Assembly: GCA_905235135.1 (NCBI GenBank)
Contig: CAJOKR010000004.1
Span: forward strand, 25,027 to 89,026
Length of the DNA: 64,000 nt
Direction: 5' to 3'
DNA from: an uncultured Bacteroidales bacterium
Lineage (GTDB): Bacteria > Bacteroidota > Bacteroidia > Bacteroidales > WCHB1-69
Shown: piece after piece, positions 8,697 to 18,838 of the stretch
Numbering within the stretch: the first letter of the stretch is position 1
Layout: every line of letters starts with the position of its first letter
The notes under the pieces: generated by a model
What the model was told of the DNA's origin: nothing
Seen by the model: only the letters and a program-made list of their open reading frames with translations
Databases searched by the model: none
Translations under genes and position numbers: made by a program

Positions 8697-10484
8697 ATGA
8701 AAAACAGACGATTTATATATGCGGTAGCGAAGTTCAGACGGTTTGTCCGGAAGCATTTCAAGGACAGGACTACCGTATTGGTTCTCAGCGTGTTAATCGG
8801 TGTTTTAGGGGCTGCGGCGGCCATCATTATCAAGAACTTGCTGCACTTCACCACGCGGTTGCTGAGCCAAGCGTTCGCGGTGACTGACATCAACTATCTC
8901 TACCTGATTTTCCCGCCCATCGGCATTTTTCTCACGCTGCTGTTCGTGCGGCGTGTGGTGCGCGACAATCTCAGTCATGGCGTGAGCATCGTGCTCAAAT
9001 CCATCTGCAAGAGCGACGGCAAGCTGCGGTTCCATAACGTCTATTCTTCAATGGTGGCAAGTGCCATCACCGTCGGATTTGGCGGTTCGGTAGGTTTGGA
9101 GGCCCCGATTGTGCTCACCGGCAGCGCTATAGGTTCGAACGTAGCGCGGTTTTTCCACCTCAACACGCGGCAGACCACCCTATTGTTAGCCTGCGGTTCC
9201 ACCGCCGCGATGGCCGCCATCTTCAAAGCTCCCATCGCCGCGCTGGTTTTCACCTTCGAGGTGCTGATGCTCGATCTTACCGGCAGTGCCCTCCTGCCGC
9301 TGCTGCTTTCCGCTGCCACGGGCACGGTGATGTCGGTGCTTTTCCTCGGCAACGACGTCATGTTTACCATCAAAGGCACGCAAGGATTTTCGGTCGGCAA
9401 CATCCCGTTCTACATCATCCTCGGCGCCCTTTGCGGTTTCATCTCGGTCTATTTCCTGCGCGTGTCCCGCTGGATTGAGAAGCAGATGCGCCGAATCAAG
9501 AAAATCTATGTGCGGGCGCTGGTCGGGTCGCTGGCCCTCTGCCTGCTCATCTACCTCTTCCCCGCGTTTTACGGCGAAGGCTACAACAACATCAACGACC
9601 TGCTGCACGGCGACTGGCTCTCTGTCTTCAACAATTCCCCGTTGCTGAAGCTGATGGGGCACGAAGGACTGCTAGTGCTGGCAGTCATTGGCATCATCCT
9701 GATGAAGGTTTTCGCCACCACGTTCACTACCACCGCTGGCGGTGTGGGCGGCGTTTTCGCCCCTACCCTCTTCATCGGCGCATTCACCGGATTTTTGGTA
9801 GCGCATGTTTCGCACGTTTTCCTCGGCATCGACTTGCCCTACGTCAATTTCATCCTCGCGGGCATGGCTGGCGTGATGACGGGTGTGATGCAGGCTCCGC
9901 TTACGGCAATGTTTCTAATCGCCGAATCCTCAACGGGTTACACACTACTTATCCCGCTGATGGTCACTGCTGCTTGCTCCTACCTCTGCGTCAACCCGTT
10001 TGAAAAATACTCCGTCTATACGCAACCGTTAGCCGAAAAGGACAACCTCCGGACCCACAACAAAGACAAGTACGCTTTGCGCAAACTACTCTGGCACGAC
10101 ACCATCGACACTAACATCCTGACCATCCCCACCCACAGCACCCTGCGCAAATACACGGAGGTGATTGCCCAATGCAAGCGCAACCTCTTCGTGGTCGTCG
10201 GCGAAAACGACTATTTTTCTGGTCTTTTGGTGATGGACGACCACCGCGATATTATCTTCAAACAGGAGCTGTACGACACAGTCCACGTCGAGGATTTGAT
10301 GATTGAGCCCGAAGAATTTATCTACGATGACGACACCGCTGCTGTGGTTTTGGAAAAGTTCAAGCGAACCGGCAACTTCAACATGCCCGTCATCACCCGC
10401 GAACGGAAATACATCGGGTTCGTCTCGAAGGCAAAGTTCCTGTCGGAGTACCAGAATTTTATTGCGGAAAATTCGGAAGACTAA
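8697..10484 (+). CDS. ClC-family voltage-gated chloride channel or Cl-/H+ antiporter with a C-terminal CBS pair
   Basis: The 595-aa product has multiple TM helices, the motifs GSVGLEAPIV and GGVGGVFAPTLFIGA, and a CBS-like C-terminal region. Confidence 0.85.
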   Translation: MKNRRFIYAVAKFRRFVRKHFKDRTTVLVLSVLIGVLGAAAAIIIKNLLHFTTRLLSQAFAVTDINYLYLIFPPIGIFLTLLFVRRVVRDNLSHGVSIVLKSICKSDGKLRFHNVYSSMVASAITVGFGGSVGLEAPIVLTGSAIGSNVARFFHLNTRQTTLLLACGSTAAMAAIFKAPIAALVFTFEVLMLDLTGSALLPLLLSAATGTVMSVLFLGNDVMFTIKGTQGFSVGNIPFYIILGALCGFISVYFLRVSRWIEKQMRRIKKIYVRALVGSLALCLLIYLFPAFYGEGYNNINDLLHGDWLSVFNNSPLLKLMGHEGLLVLAVIGIILMKVFATTFTTTAGGVGGVFAPTLFIGAFTGFLVAHVSHVFLGIDLPYVNFILAGMAGVMTGVMQAPLTAMFLIAESSTGYTLLIPLMVTAACSYLCVNPFEKYSVYTQPLAEKDNLRTHNKDKYALRKLLWHDTIDTNILTIPTHSTLRKYTEVIAQCKRNLFVVVGENDYFSGLLVMDDHRDIIFKQELYDTVHVEDLMIEPEEFIYDDDTAAVVLEKFKRTGNFNMPVITRERKYIGFVSKAKFLSEYQNFIAENSED

Positions 10485-10487
10485 TAC

Positions 10488-10520
10488 AATTATGAATTAT
10501 GAATGCTGAATTATGAATAA
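10488..10520. repeat. 7-bp-period degenerate array (AATTATG units)
   Basis: AATTATG AATTATG AATGCTG AATTATG AATAA lies directly after the ClC stop. The same template, with a coordinated T-to-A change, occurs inside vsr (48254-48287). Confidence 0.7.
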
Positions 10521-10536
10521 AAAACGCCTATATACA

Positions 10537-10593
10537 CTAACCTTCTAACCTATAACCCATAATCCTTAAACATTAAACCTTAACCCTTAAACC
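10537..10593. repeat. short-period degenerate array (TAACC/TTAAACC words) in the rfbC leader
   Basis: ctaaccttctaacctataacccataatccttaaacattaaaccttaacccttaaacc ends 5 nt before ATG 10599. Confidence 0.6.
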
Positions 10594-10598
10594 ATATA

Positions 10599-11147
10599 AT
10601 GGAAATAATCAAAACCAAAATAGACGGATTGTTAATCATCGAACCGACGGTTTTCAAGGATGACCGCGGGTATTTTTTCGAGAGCTATAACGAACAGCGT
10701 TTCAAAGAGTTGGGCGTTATGGATGATTTCGTACAGGACAACCAGTCGTGCTCGCAGAAGGGTGTGGTGCGCGGGCTGCATTTTCAGAAACCACCGTTCG
10801 CGCAGGCCAAGCTCGTGCGCGTATTGCGCGGTGCGGTCCTCGATTTTGCCGTCGATATCCGCAAAGGCAGTCCCACCTACGGGCAGTATGTCTCCACGTT
10901 GCTCACCGCCGACAACTTCCGCCAGTTCTACCTCCCCACCGGCTTCGCGCATGGTTTCGCCGCGTTGGAAGACGACACCGTTTTCGCCTACAAGTGCTCC
11001 GCCTTCTACAACAAGGCCTCCGAAGGCTGCATCCTCTTCAACGACAAGGATTTGAACATCGACTGGCAGGTGGAGAACCCGATTACATCGGAGAAGGATA
11101 TGATGGGAGAACGTTTTGCGGATTTCGTATCGCCGTTTGAATACTAA
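10599..11147 (+). CDS. rfbC: dTDP-4-dehydrorhamnose 3,5-epimerase
   Basis: MEIIKTKIDGLLIIEPTVFKDDRGYFFESYNEQRF...RGLHFQKPPFAQAKLVRV..G.VLDFAVDIRKGSPTYGQ is a typical RmlC sequence. Confidence 0.9.
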   Translation: MEIIKTKIDGLLIIEPTVFKDDRGYFFESYNEQRFKELGVMDDFVQDNQSCSQKGVVRGLHFQKPPFAQAKLVRVLRGAVLDFAVDIRKGSPTYGQYVSTLLTADNFRQFYLPTGFAHGFAALEDDTVFAYKCSAFYNKASEGCILFNDKDLNIDWQVENPITSEKDMMGERFADFVSPFEY

Positions 11148-11155
11148 TCCCGATT

Positions 11156-11183
11156 GTAGAGACGCAATGCATTGCGTCTCTAC
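11156..11183 (+). terminator. perfect palindromic hairpin of the GAGACGC family after rfbC
   Basis: GTAGAGACGCAATG/CATTGCGTCTCTAC is a 28-nt perfect palindrome 9 nt after the rfbC stop. Confidence 0.6.
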
Positions 11184-11199
11184 TGTATCGGACCTGCAT

Positions 11200-11247
11200 C
11201 GGAGTTACATCGGAGTTACACCGGACTTACACCGGACTTACACCGGA
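11200..11247. repeat. 11-bp tandem repeat, about 4.3 units
   Basis: cggagttacat cggagttacac cggacttacac cggacttacac cgga. Confidence 0.75.
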
Positions 11248-11305
11248 GGAAGAGCCTTTTTTTAACCCATTAATAACAGGCAATCATCCGTATTCGTAAT
11301 TTCCG

Positions 11306-11313
11306 TATTTTTG
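11306..11313 (+). promoter_or_regulatory. -7 box TATTTTTG upstream of GH97
   Basis: ccgTATTTTTGccg lies 21 nt upstream of ATG 11334. Confidence 0.45.
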
Positions 11314-11333
11314 CCGTCTAAAAACTCACAATT

Positions 11334-13418
11334 ATGAAAAAACACTTCCTTCTGCTGCTGTTTTGCGGCCTGTTCGTCACCCTTTTCGCACAAAAAGAAC
11401 GACTTTACTCTCCTGATGGAAGAATCCTGGTCATTGTCAACTGCGCCAGTGATCAGCTGAACTATTCCGTGCGCAACACCAGGCCGAATTTCGATACGGT
11501 CGGCAGCGTTTTTATCACACCGTCGCACATCGGACTGGAGTTGGACGATGCCACTATTCTCGGCTGGAAACCAAAAGTAGTGAAAACCGAGCGGAAGTCG
11601 GTGAATCAGACGGTCGCGGCACCTTTTTATCGCAAAAGCAAGATTGAGGATAACTATAACGAACTGACAATCAGTTTCAAGGGAAACTACCAAGTGGTTT
11701 TCCGGGCTTACAACTCTGGTATCGCATACCGCTTTGTGACCAAGATAAAAGATTCCATCGTCATTAAACACGAGACGGCAGAGTTCAACTTTTCGGGTGA
11801 AACACCAATGGAGTGGTCAACGGGCAATTATCTGCAGACTAAGGCCTTAATCCCGTATGTCAACCGAGAACCGACAGAGGATGGTGACTTCTCCGCTCAA
11901 TACTGCACCTCCTTTGAGAATCGTTATACAGATACGCCGCTCAGCCGCATGGACGACCGCCGTTTGGCTTTTCTGCCAGTGTTAGTGTCACAAGAATATT
12001 TCCCGTCCTGGACAAAAAGCTTAAAAACCTATCCTCAACGCACGGCCGTCATTACCGAGGCCGACCTGCGCGACTATCCAGGCATGTACCTCAAGCACAC
12101 GAGCGGCAACTCCATGATCGGCTATTTCGCGCCGCTGCCGAAGAAGTGGGAGCAAGGCGGGCACAACAATCTGCAATATGTGGTGAAAGATAGGGAAAAC
12201 TACATCGCCAAAACCGCCGGCACACGGGCGTTCCCGTGGCGCGTAATCGCCATCGCCGAACAGGACAAGGAACTGGTCGATAACGACCTCGTCTATCTAC
12301 TCGCCGAACCTTCGAAAGTATCTGATATTTCGTGGATTAAGCCTGGTAAAGTGGCTTGGGACTGGTGGAACTTCTGGAATATCTGGGGCGTGGATTTCGT
12401 GGCCGGCATCAACAACGACACCTACAAATACTTCATCGATTTTGCGGCCAAGTATGGCATCGAGTACGTGATTTTGGATGAGGGCTGGGCCGTGAACGGG
12501 GAGGCTGATCTCTTCCAGGTGATTCCCGAAATAGACCTGCCGATGTTAGTGAAATATGGTGAATCCAAAGGCGTTGGCATCGTGCTATGGGCTGGGTACG
12601 CCGCTATGGATCAAGAGATGGAGCGTGTTTGCAAGCACTATTCCGAGATGGGCGTGAAGGGCTTCAAGGTCGATTTCATGGACCGCGACGACCAGATTGT
12701 AGTCAACTTCTACGAGCGGATGGCCGTCACCGCCGCCAAATACCACCTCTTCATCGACTTCCACGGAGCCTACAAGCCGACGGGACTGAGCCGCACCTAT
12801 CCCAACGTGCTCAACTATGAGGGCGTTTTCGGGCTGGAGCAGTGCAAATGGGTCGGTGCGGATGTGGATATGGTGACCTACGAGGTCACGATTCCCTTCA
12901 TTCGAATGCTGGCCGGTCCAATGGACTTTACCCAAGGCGCGATGCGCAACGCTGCCAAGTGGTGTTACCATCCGAGCTGGAACGAGCCGATGAGTCAGGG
13001 TACACGCTGCCGGCAACTGGCTGAGTACGTGGTCTTTGACGCACCCTTCGCCATGCTTTGCGATGCACCGTCCGCTTACTTGGAGGAACCTGAATGCACG
13101 GAATTCATCGCCAATGTGCCCACCGTGTGGGACGAGACCCGCATTTTGGACGGCCAGGTTGGCGACTTCGTGATTAGCGCCAAACGCAAAGGCGATACCT
13201 GGTACATTGGCGCCCTCACCGACTGGGAGCGCCGCACTTTCGAAATCGACCTCAAGGCTTTGGGCATCACCTCCGGCACGGTCACGATGTTCATCGATGG
13301 CCCCAACGCCCACCGCAAAGGCATTGACTACCAGAAGAAAACAATGCCCGTTCCCGCTGACGGAAAGTTAAGAGGGGAACTGGCCCCGGGCGGGGGCGCG
13401 GCGATAATGATTCGGTAA
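11334..13418 (+). CDS. glycoside hydrolase family 97 (alpha-glucosidase/alpha-galactosidase, SusB-like)
   Basis: The 694-aa product has the signal peptide MKKHFLLLLFCGLFVTLFAQ and ...ISWIKPGKVAWDWWNFWN...YGIEYVILDEGW...GVKGFKVDFMDRDDQ, which are typical GH97 blocks. Confidence 0.85.
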   Translation: MKKHFLLLLFCGLFVTLFAQKERLYSPDGRILVIVNCASDQLNYSVRNTRPNFDTVGSVFITPSHIGLELDDATILGWKPKVVKTERKSVNQTVAAPFYRKSKIEDNYNELTISFKGNYQVVFRAYNSGIAYRFVTKIKDSIVIKHETAEFNFSGETPMEWSTGNYLQTKALIPYVNREPTEDGDFSAQYCTSFENRYTDTPLSRMDDRRLAFLPVLVSQEYFPSWTKSLKTYPQRTAVITEADLRDYPGMYLKHTSGNSMIGYFAPLPKKWEQGGHNNLQYVVKDRENYIAKTAGTRAFPWRVIAIAEQDKELVDNDLVYLLAEPSKVSDISWIKPGKVAWDWWNFWNIWGVDFVAGINNDTYKYFIDFAAKYGIEYVILDEGWAVNGEADLFQVIPEIDLPMLVKYGESKGVGIVLWAGYAAMDQEMERVCKHYSEMGVKGFKVDFMDRDDQIVVNFYERMAVTAAKYHLFIDFHGAYKPTGLSRTYPNVLNYEGVFGLEQCKWVGADVDMVTYEVTIPFIRMLAGPMDFTQGAMRNAAKWCYHPSWNEPMSQGTRCRQLAEYVVFDAPFAMLCDAPSAYLEEPECTEFIANVPTVWDETRILDGQVGDFVISAKRKGDTWYIGALTDWERRTFEIDLKALGITSGTVTMFIDGPNAHRKGIDYQKKTMPVPADGKLRGELAPGGGAAIMIR

Positions 13419-13450
13419 ATTCCCGCAGAACTCGCAGCCTATCGCAGAAA
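13419..13450 (+). repeat. CGCAGA-word intergenic element, short copy
   Basis: aattcccgcagaactcgcagcctatcgcagaaa starts 1 nt after the GH97 stop. Its 5' part is identical to the four longer copies. Confidence 0.6.
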
Positions 13451-13454
13451 ACAA

Positions 13455-13485
13455 CGGCGGGGAGAAACTGATGTCCTCCCCGCCG
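13455..13485. terminator. bidirectional hairpin terminator between convergent GH97 and gcvP
   Basis: CGGCGGGGAG-11 nt-CTCCCCGCCG is a 10-bp perfect stem followed by TTT. Confidence 0.6.
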
Positions 13486-13513
13486 TTTAATATCCAATAG
13501 TCGTAGTATTTTC

Positions 13514-16373
13514 TTACTCACTCAGCACGCAAACGAGGTTTCTGTCGCCGAAGGCGTCGTCGATCTTGCCGACGGTCGGCCAGTATTTCTCGGTGTGCGG
13601 CAACGGGAATGCAGCCTGCTGACGGGTGTAGGGACGATCCCATTCGTCGGCGCAGACCACGTTCATGCTGTGCGGGGCGTTCTTGATGAGGTTGTTAGCT
13701 CTGTCGGCCTTGCCCTCTTCAATGTCGCGAATCTCCTGACGGATGGCAATCATCGCGTCGCAGAAACGGTCGAGCTCGCTCAGCGGTTCGCTCTCGGTGG
13801 GCTCCACCATCAAGGTGCCGTGCACCGGGAAAGCGACCGTGGGAGCGTGGAAACCGTAGTCCATCAGTCTCTTGGCGATGTCACCGACTTGCACGCCAGC
13901 GTGTTTGTCGAATTCGTTGCAGTCGAGGATCATCTCGTGAGCACACATGCCGTTGGTACCCGTGTAGAGAATCTTGTAGTCCTTCTCCAGTCTTGCACGC
14001 ATGTAGTTGGCGTTCAGGATGGCGTTCTTGGTGACTTCCGCCAAACCCTTGCCGCCTAACATCTTGAGGTAGCCGTAGGTAATCGGAATCAGGTAGGCGC
14101 TGCCGTAAGGAGCCGTGGCCACCTGGCTGCCTTGCTCACCGCCGACTTTCACGGTAGCGTGGTTCGGCAAGAACGGGACGAGCTTTTCGCAGACACCGAT
14201 CGGGCCAACACCAGGACCGCCACCGCCGTGAGGCATGGCAAAGGTCTTGTGCAGGTTGAGGTGGCAGACGTCGGCGCCCATGGTGCCCGGAGAGGTGAGA
14301 CCCACCTGGGCGTTCATGTTGGCACCGTCCATATAAACCAGACCGCCGTTCTCGTGGATGATCTTGATGATTTCGAGGATGCCTTCCTCAAACACGCCGT
14401 GCGTGGAAGGATAGGTGGATCATCAAGCAGGAGAGGTTGTCCTTGTATTGTTCAGCTTTAGCACGAAGATCGTCAATATCGACTTCACCGTGCTCGGTAG
14501 CCTTCACCACCACGATCTTGTTGCCGGCCTTGGCAGAAGAAGCGGGGTTGGTGCCGTGTGCAGAGGACGGGATCAAGCAAATGTTGCGGTGACCCTCGCC
14601 ACGGCTGAGGTGATAGTTGCGGATGACGGTCATACCGGCATACTCACCAGCAGCACCGGAGTTCGGTTGCAGGGAGATGGCAGCGAAACCAGTAATCTTG
14701 CACAGCCAGTTGCAGACTTCGTCCAACATCTCTTTGAAGCCCTCGGCTTGGTCGGCGGGAGCGTACGGATGGATGTTGCAAACCTCGGCCCAGCTCAGCG
14801 GCAGCATTTCGGCAGCAGCATTGAGCTTCATGGTGCAGGAACCCAGCGGAATCATAGCACGGTTCAGTGACAAATCCTTGACTTCCAGCATCTTCATGTA
14901 GCGCATCATCTCGGTCTCGGAATGATACTGGCTGAAGATCTTGTGCTGCATGAACGGGCTCTTACGGGTCAGTTCGGCAGGGATGTGCAGGTCGGGAATA
15001 CCGCATTTGCCGTCGCAGACATACGGGGTGAAGTTCTTACCGGCGGTAATAGCCAGCACTTCGAGAATATCGTTGACATCCTTCAGAACCACGGTCTCGT
15101 CGAGGGAGACGGTGAAGCAACGCTCGCAGTGGTAGCAGAGGTTGATTTCTTTCGACAGAGCCACCTTCTTCACGTCCTCGCAGGTGAGGCCTTCGGGCGT
15201 TTCGAAACAAAGGGTGTCGAAGTAGTGTTCGTTATACTGTTTGAAGCCGTATTTCGCAGCCTCGGCAGCCAAAACGCCAGCCAAAACGTTAATCTTCACA
15301 GCTTTGTTCTTCAGACCATCGGCACCATGCCACATACCGTAGAAGCCGGCCATGATGGCAGTCAAAGCGCTAGCGGTACAGATGTTGGAGGTTGCACGCT
15401 CGCGTTTGATGTGCTGCTCGCGGGTCTGCAGGGCCATACGCACGGCACGGTTGCCTTGTGCATCAACGGTGACGCCGATGATACGGCCGGGCATCTGGCG
15501 CAGAAACTCCTCGCGGCAAGCGTAGAAGCCAGCGGCAGGGCTGCCATAGCCCATCGGGATACCGAAACGTTGAGTGGAACCGACCACACAGTCAGCGCCC
15601 CACTCGCCCGGAGGCGTGAGCAGCGTCAAAGCTAACAGGTCAGTAGCCACACCCACAAAGATGTTTTTGGCGTGTGCTTTCTCAACCCATGCGCTGAAGT
15701 TGTGAATGCCGCCCCAGTAGTTCGGGTACTGGATCATCGCCCCGAAGAAGGTTTCGTCGAGTTCCACCTGGTCGGGTTTGCCGATCACGAGTTCGATGCC
15801 GTGCGGCGCAGCATTGGTCTTCATCACACCGATGGAGTGCGGGAAAACGCCTTCAGCCACAAAGTATTTCACCACGTTATTTTTCTGCTGCTCACGGCTG
15901 CGGCTGCGGAAGAACATCAGCATCATCTCGCCAGCGGCGGTAGCATCATCCAACATGGAAGCGTTAGCCAACGGCATGGCGGTCAGGCTGCTGATCATCG
16001 TCTGGTAATTCAGCAAAGCCTCGATACGGCCTTGGGAAATCTCAGCTTGGTACGGGGTGTAGGAGGTGTACCAGCCCGGATTCTCGAAAATGTTGCGCAA
16101 AATCACCGCCGGGGTATAGGTGTTGTAATGACCCATACCAATGTAAGAGCGGTAAATTTTGTTCTTCGCCATCAGGCTGTGGATATGGTTGAGGTATTCG
16201 CCCTCGGTCATGCCTTCCGGCAAGTCCAGCGGCTTCGGCAAACGGATGGCGGCGGGAACCGTCTTCTCAATCAGTTCGTCCATTGATTTGACGCCGATGA
16301 CATCCAGCATTTTCTGTTGTTCGCTTACGGCGGGACCATTGTGTCTGCACACAAAATCATCTTTTATTATCAT
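13514..16373 (-). pseudogene. gcvP: glycine dehydrogenase (aminomethyl-transferring), single-chain GcvP. It is split by a 1-nt insertion at about 14417/14418
   Basis: The N-terminal ORF is MIIKDDFVCRHNGPAVSEQQ... and the C-terminal ORF is ...[31 protein letters not shown]... The minus strand reads atgatcCacctatccttccacgcacggc. Without the extra C it reads [14 protein letters not shown]. Confidence 0.85.
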
Positions 16374-16422
16374 ATTGATTATCAGTTTGTTATTAATACT
16401 TTTGTACGAAATTAAGGAAGGG

Positions 16423-16430
16423 CAAAGATA
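16423..16430 (-). promoter_or_regulatory. -7 box TATCTTTG upstream of gcvP
   Basis: The minus strand reads TATCTTTG 50 nt upstream of ATG 16373. Confidence 0.4.
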
Positions 16431-16491
16431 CATTTTTTTTTATTCGGGAAGACCAACGAATAGGAGGGTCGGCATTCCTACCGACCGCAGT

Positions 16492-16515
16492 AGAGACGCA
16501 AAATTTTGCGTCTCT
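16492..16515 (-). terminator. GAGACGC-family hairpin after the 16515-17465 gene
   Basis: AGAGACGCAAAA/TTTTGCGTCTCT is a perfect palindrome abutting the stop. A second hairpin, GGTCGG-cattccta-CCGACC, lies at 16469-16488. Confidence 0.55.
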
Positions 16516-17465
16516 TAGTACGCCAACCGGATATTATCGCACCACACCACATTGCCCGGACAGCCGATAAACGGCTCCTGGCAACCGGCGGAAATTTGCA
16601 GGATTATATGGGTGGGCTCCACATCAGCCTTAAAACCAATCTCTTGCACGGGGACCATCTTTCCTTTTGAGTTGCGGGCCATGAAGCGGTTCTTGGACAG
16701 CTTCTCCCAAGACTTGTAATCTGCAGACTTGGTGATGTCGCCATAGCGGATGGGCAGACGGTGGTTGTTTTGCCAGTTGGGGATGCTTTTAGTGATGCGT
16801 TCCGTGGCTGTACCCACTCGGTAGGCGAAGATGTTGCCATCAGCATCTTCCCAACGATGTTGCAGGAAAAGGGTAATCTCGCCCGCATCCTGCCCCTGGA
16901 CAGTGGTCACCTTGGTGGAGCCTGTAGCCTTCACCATCGGTTTGCCTTGCTGTATAATAGCCTTGTAATCAAGGATTAGCGCTATCGGGTGCTTCGTGAA
17001 AGGAACCCCCATATCGATGGCCTTCATCGGCACTTTGCAGCCTTCGAGCGTCACCGGGTCCATAAGTCGGCCCATGAACAGACTGCCGGTGGCCAGGGCC
17101 TTGAGGTCGATACCCACAGCCGTAACTGTCTGCAGGGAGGTCTCCAGCTTGCAGCAGTAGCCGTTGCCCCGCCTTTCGGGAGTCGCTGACACAGCAGCCT
17201 TTTCCACTCCGCACACCTTGGCATACGCATTGCTCGTACACCACGGTGAACCGTTCTTCCCATACGGATAAGGCCCGTTTTTGCGGATAGTGTCCGTCTT
17301 GGCAACCACATACAGGGCGCGAGTCTTGCCACCCAGCAAAAACGACTCCTTGATATACCGCACCGTCCACGTATCCAGCTTGCCGTAGGGCAGGTATTCG
17401 ATCTTCTCTTGGGCGTGAAGGCACAAGGCCAAGGTTGAAAATATAAGCAACAATCTGAATTTCAT
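16515..17465 (-). CDS. secreted protein, probably containing a PCMD (putative carbohydrate metabolism) domain
   Basis: Signal peptide MKFRLLLIFSTLALCLHAQ. The family assignment is from memory of similar Bacteroidales proteins, not from a search. Confidence 0.45.
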   Translation of the reverse strand: MKFRLLLIFSTLALCLHAQEKIEYLPYGKLDTWTVRYIKESFLLGGKTRALYVVAKTDTIRKNGPYPYGKNGSPWCTSNAYAKVCGVEKAAVSATPERRGNGYCCKLETSLQTVTAVGIDLKALATGSLFMGRLMDPVTLEGCKVPMKAIDMGVPFTKHPIALILDYKAIIQQGKPMVKATGSTKVTTVQGQDAGEITLFLQHRWEDADGNIFAYRVGTATERITKSIPNWQNNHRLPIRYGDITKSADYKSWEKLSKNRFMARNSKGKMVPVQEIGFKADVEPTHIILQISAGCQEPFIGCPGNVVWCDNIRLAY

Positions 17466-17469
17466 TGTT

Positions 17470-18687
17470 TTAGCTTTTGTCTTTACTGGTCAAGGCGTTC
17501 TGATCCGCAATCTCCTCGTTCAACATCTCCTCAAACATACGCACCGAATTAGTCAAACTATAGGTTTTGGCTGCCTTTGCATAGATTTTCTCCATATATT
17601 CGCGCTCTTTCGGATGGTCAAGCCAATAGTCGATGGCGCGGGCAAGGTCTTTCGGACTTCCTGGCAAAAACAGCGACCGACCATCCAAGGCAAACTGTGG
17701 TGTAGCACTGACCTCCGAATTGGCAATGACCGGAACAAGTCCTGTAGCGAAAGCCTCAATACACGAAATGGCTTCACTCTCCATATCGCTGGCATGCACA
17801 TATAAGTCGCACTGCAACAGCAAGTTAATCAGTTCTTTCTGTTCCAAATAAACAAATTGCGGCTCATGTTTCAATTGCTTCCCGAGTTCCACATAATGGT
17901 CGTATTCCGGCCCCTTGCCCGCAAAAATCAGCTGGATTTTGTCGGCATATTTGGAATACGTTACAGCATTGATAATCACATCCTGCCGTTTCTCCTGACT
18001 CAAACGCCCCACCATCATTATCACTATCTTATCCTGATATTCAGCCAATTTCGGCGGGCGACCATTATCCATCTTATTTTTCCCAGCCTCCATAAACGTA
18101 TCTTGAATGCCGTTGCTGATTACATGAATCTTCGCATTGTAACCTCTCTCTTCAAGCATACGCCCCATAAAGGCAGACGGCACATGCACATGGGAGAACT
18201 TGTAGTAATGCCAGTCACGGAAATTACGATAACTCATATTCTGTATCCATTGCACTTTCCCCAAGCCCACTGACGACCACAGGTTTTCGGGCTGGATATG
18301 GAATGCCCCCGTGTTTGGTTTCCCAATCTTTGCCGCATAACTGCTTGCCACCATTTCAAGTGCGAAAGGCATAAAACTATGCACAATATCCGCCCACTCT
18401 ACCGCCTCACGGATAACAGGTTTTGACTTGGACAGAACATCACCGAATGTGAAACCGTGTTTCTTAATCAGCGGGTTAAACAGTGGTACTTTATATTCCG
18501 ATACAATGTATTTCCCTGTCACCTCCACGGGTAACGCCACGCCTTTCTCATCCGTCTCCTGCGGGTCAGCACATAATATCCGCACCTCATGTCCACGCCG
18601 CCTCAATTCGCCGGCAAAACGCTGCGCTGAGATGCTCGTCCCGTTGTTGTTGGTATCGTAAGTGTCTATGACAAAGAGAATTTTCAT
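17470..18687 (-). CDS. glycosyltransferase family 4
   Basis: MKILFVIDTYDTNNNGTSISAQRFAGELRRRGHEV... with a C-terminal ...ESEAISCIEAFATGLVPVIANS (EX7E-like). The start at 18687 is supported by the -7 box at 18706-18713. Confidence 0.75.
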   Translation of the reverse strand: MKILFVIDTYDTNNNGTSISAQRFAGELRRRGHEVRILCADPQETDEKGVALPVEVTGKYIVSEYKVPLFNPLIKKHGFTFGDVLSKSKPVIREAVEWADIVHSFMPFALEMVASSYAAKIGKPNTGAFHIQPENLWSSVGLGKVQWIQNMSYRNFRDWHYYKFSHVHVPSAFMGRMLEERGYNAKIHVISNGIQDTFMEAGKNKMDNGRPPKLAEYQDKIVIMMVGRLSQEKRQDVIINAVTYSKYADKIQLIFAGKGPEYDHYVELGKQLKHEPQFVYLEQKELINLLLQCDLYVHASDMESEAISCIEAFATGLVPVIANSEVSATPQFALDGRSLFLPGSPKDLARAIDYWLDHPKEREYMEKIYAKAAKTYSLTNSVRMFEEMLNEEIADQNALTSKDKS

Positions 18688-18705
18688 TTGACCTGTTTTT
18701 TGCGG

Positions 18706-18713
18706 CAAAAATA
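18706..18713 (-). promoter_or_regulatory. -7 box TATTTTTG
   Basis: The minus strand reads TATTTTTG 19 nt upstream of ATG 18687. Confidence 0.45.
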
Positions 18714-18838
18714 CCATTTTTTACATTTCTAATTATGTCTATTTTGGAGTAAAATTTGTTCTATTTGTCATTAACTTAAAAATTAACATTGATAAAAATT
18801 GTATTTTTGTCGTGCAAATTGTTCTAAATTTCGGATAG

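Noticed and set aside
11156-11183. The paired CGTCTC/GAGACG (BsmBI/Esp3I) sites in the hairpins were considered as a sign of an engineered or cloning-derived sequence.
   Set aside because: The sites are simply the two arms of natural palindromes at gene 3' ends. They occur at three separate chromosomal loci with different loops, and there is no vector-like sequence around them.
16374-16430. A glycine riboswitch upstream of gcvP was considered.
   Set aside because: Only about 50 nt separate the -7 box (16423-16430) from ATG 16373. This is too short for a glycine aptamer, and no conserved riboswitch-like helices are evident by eye.
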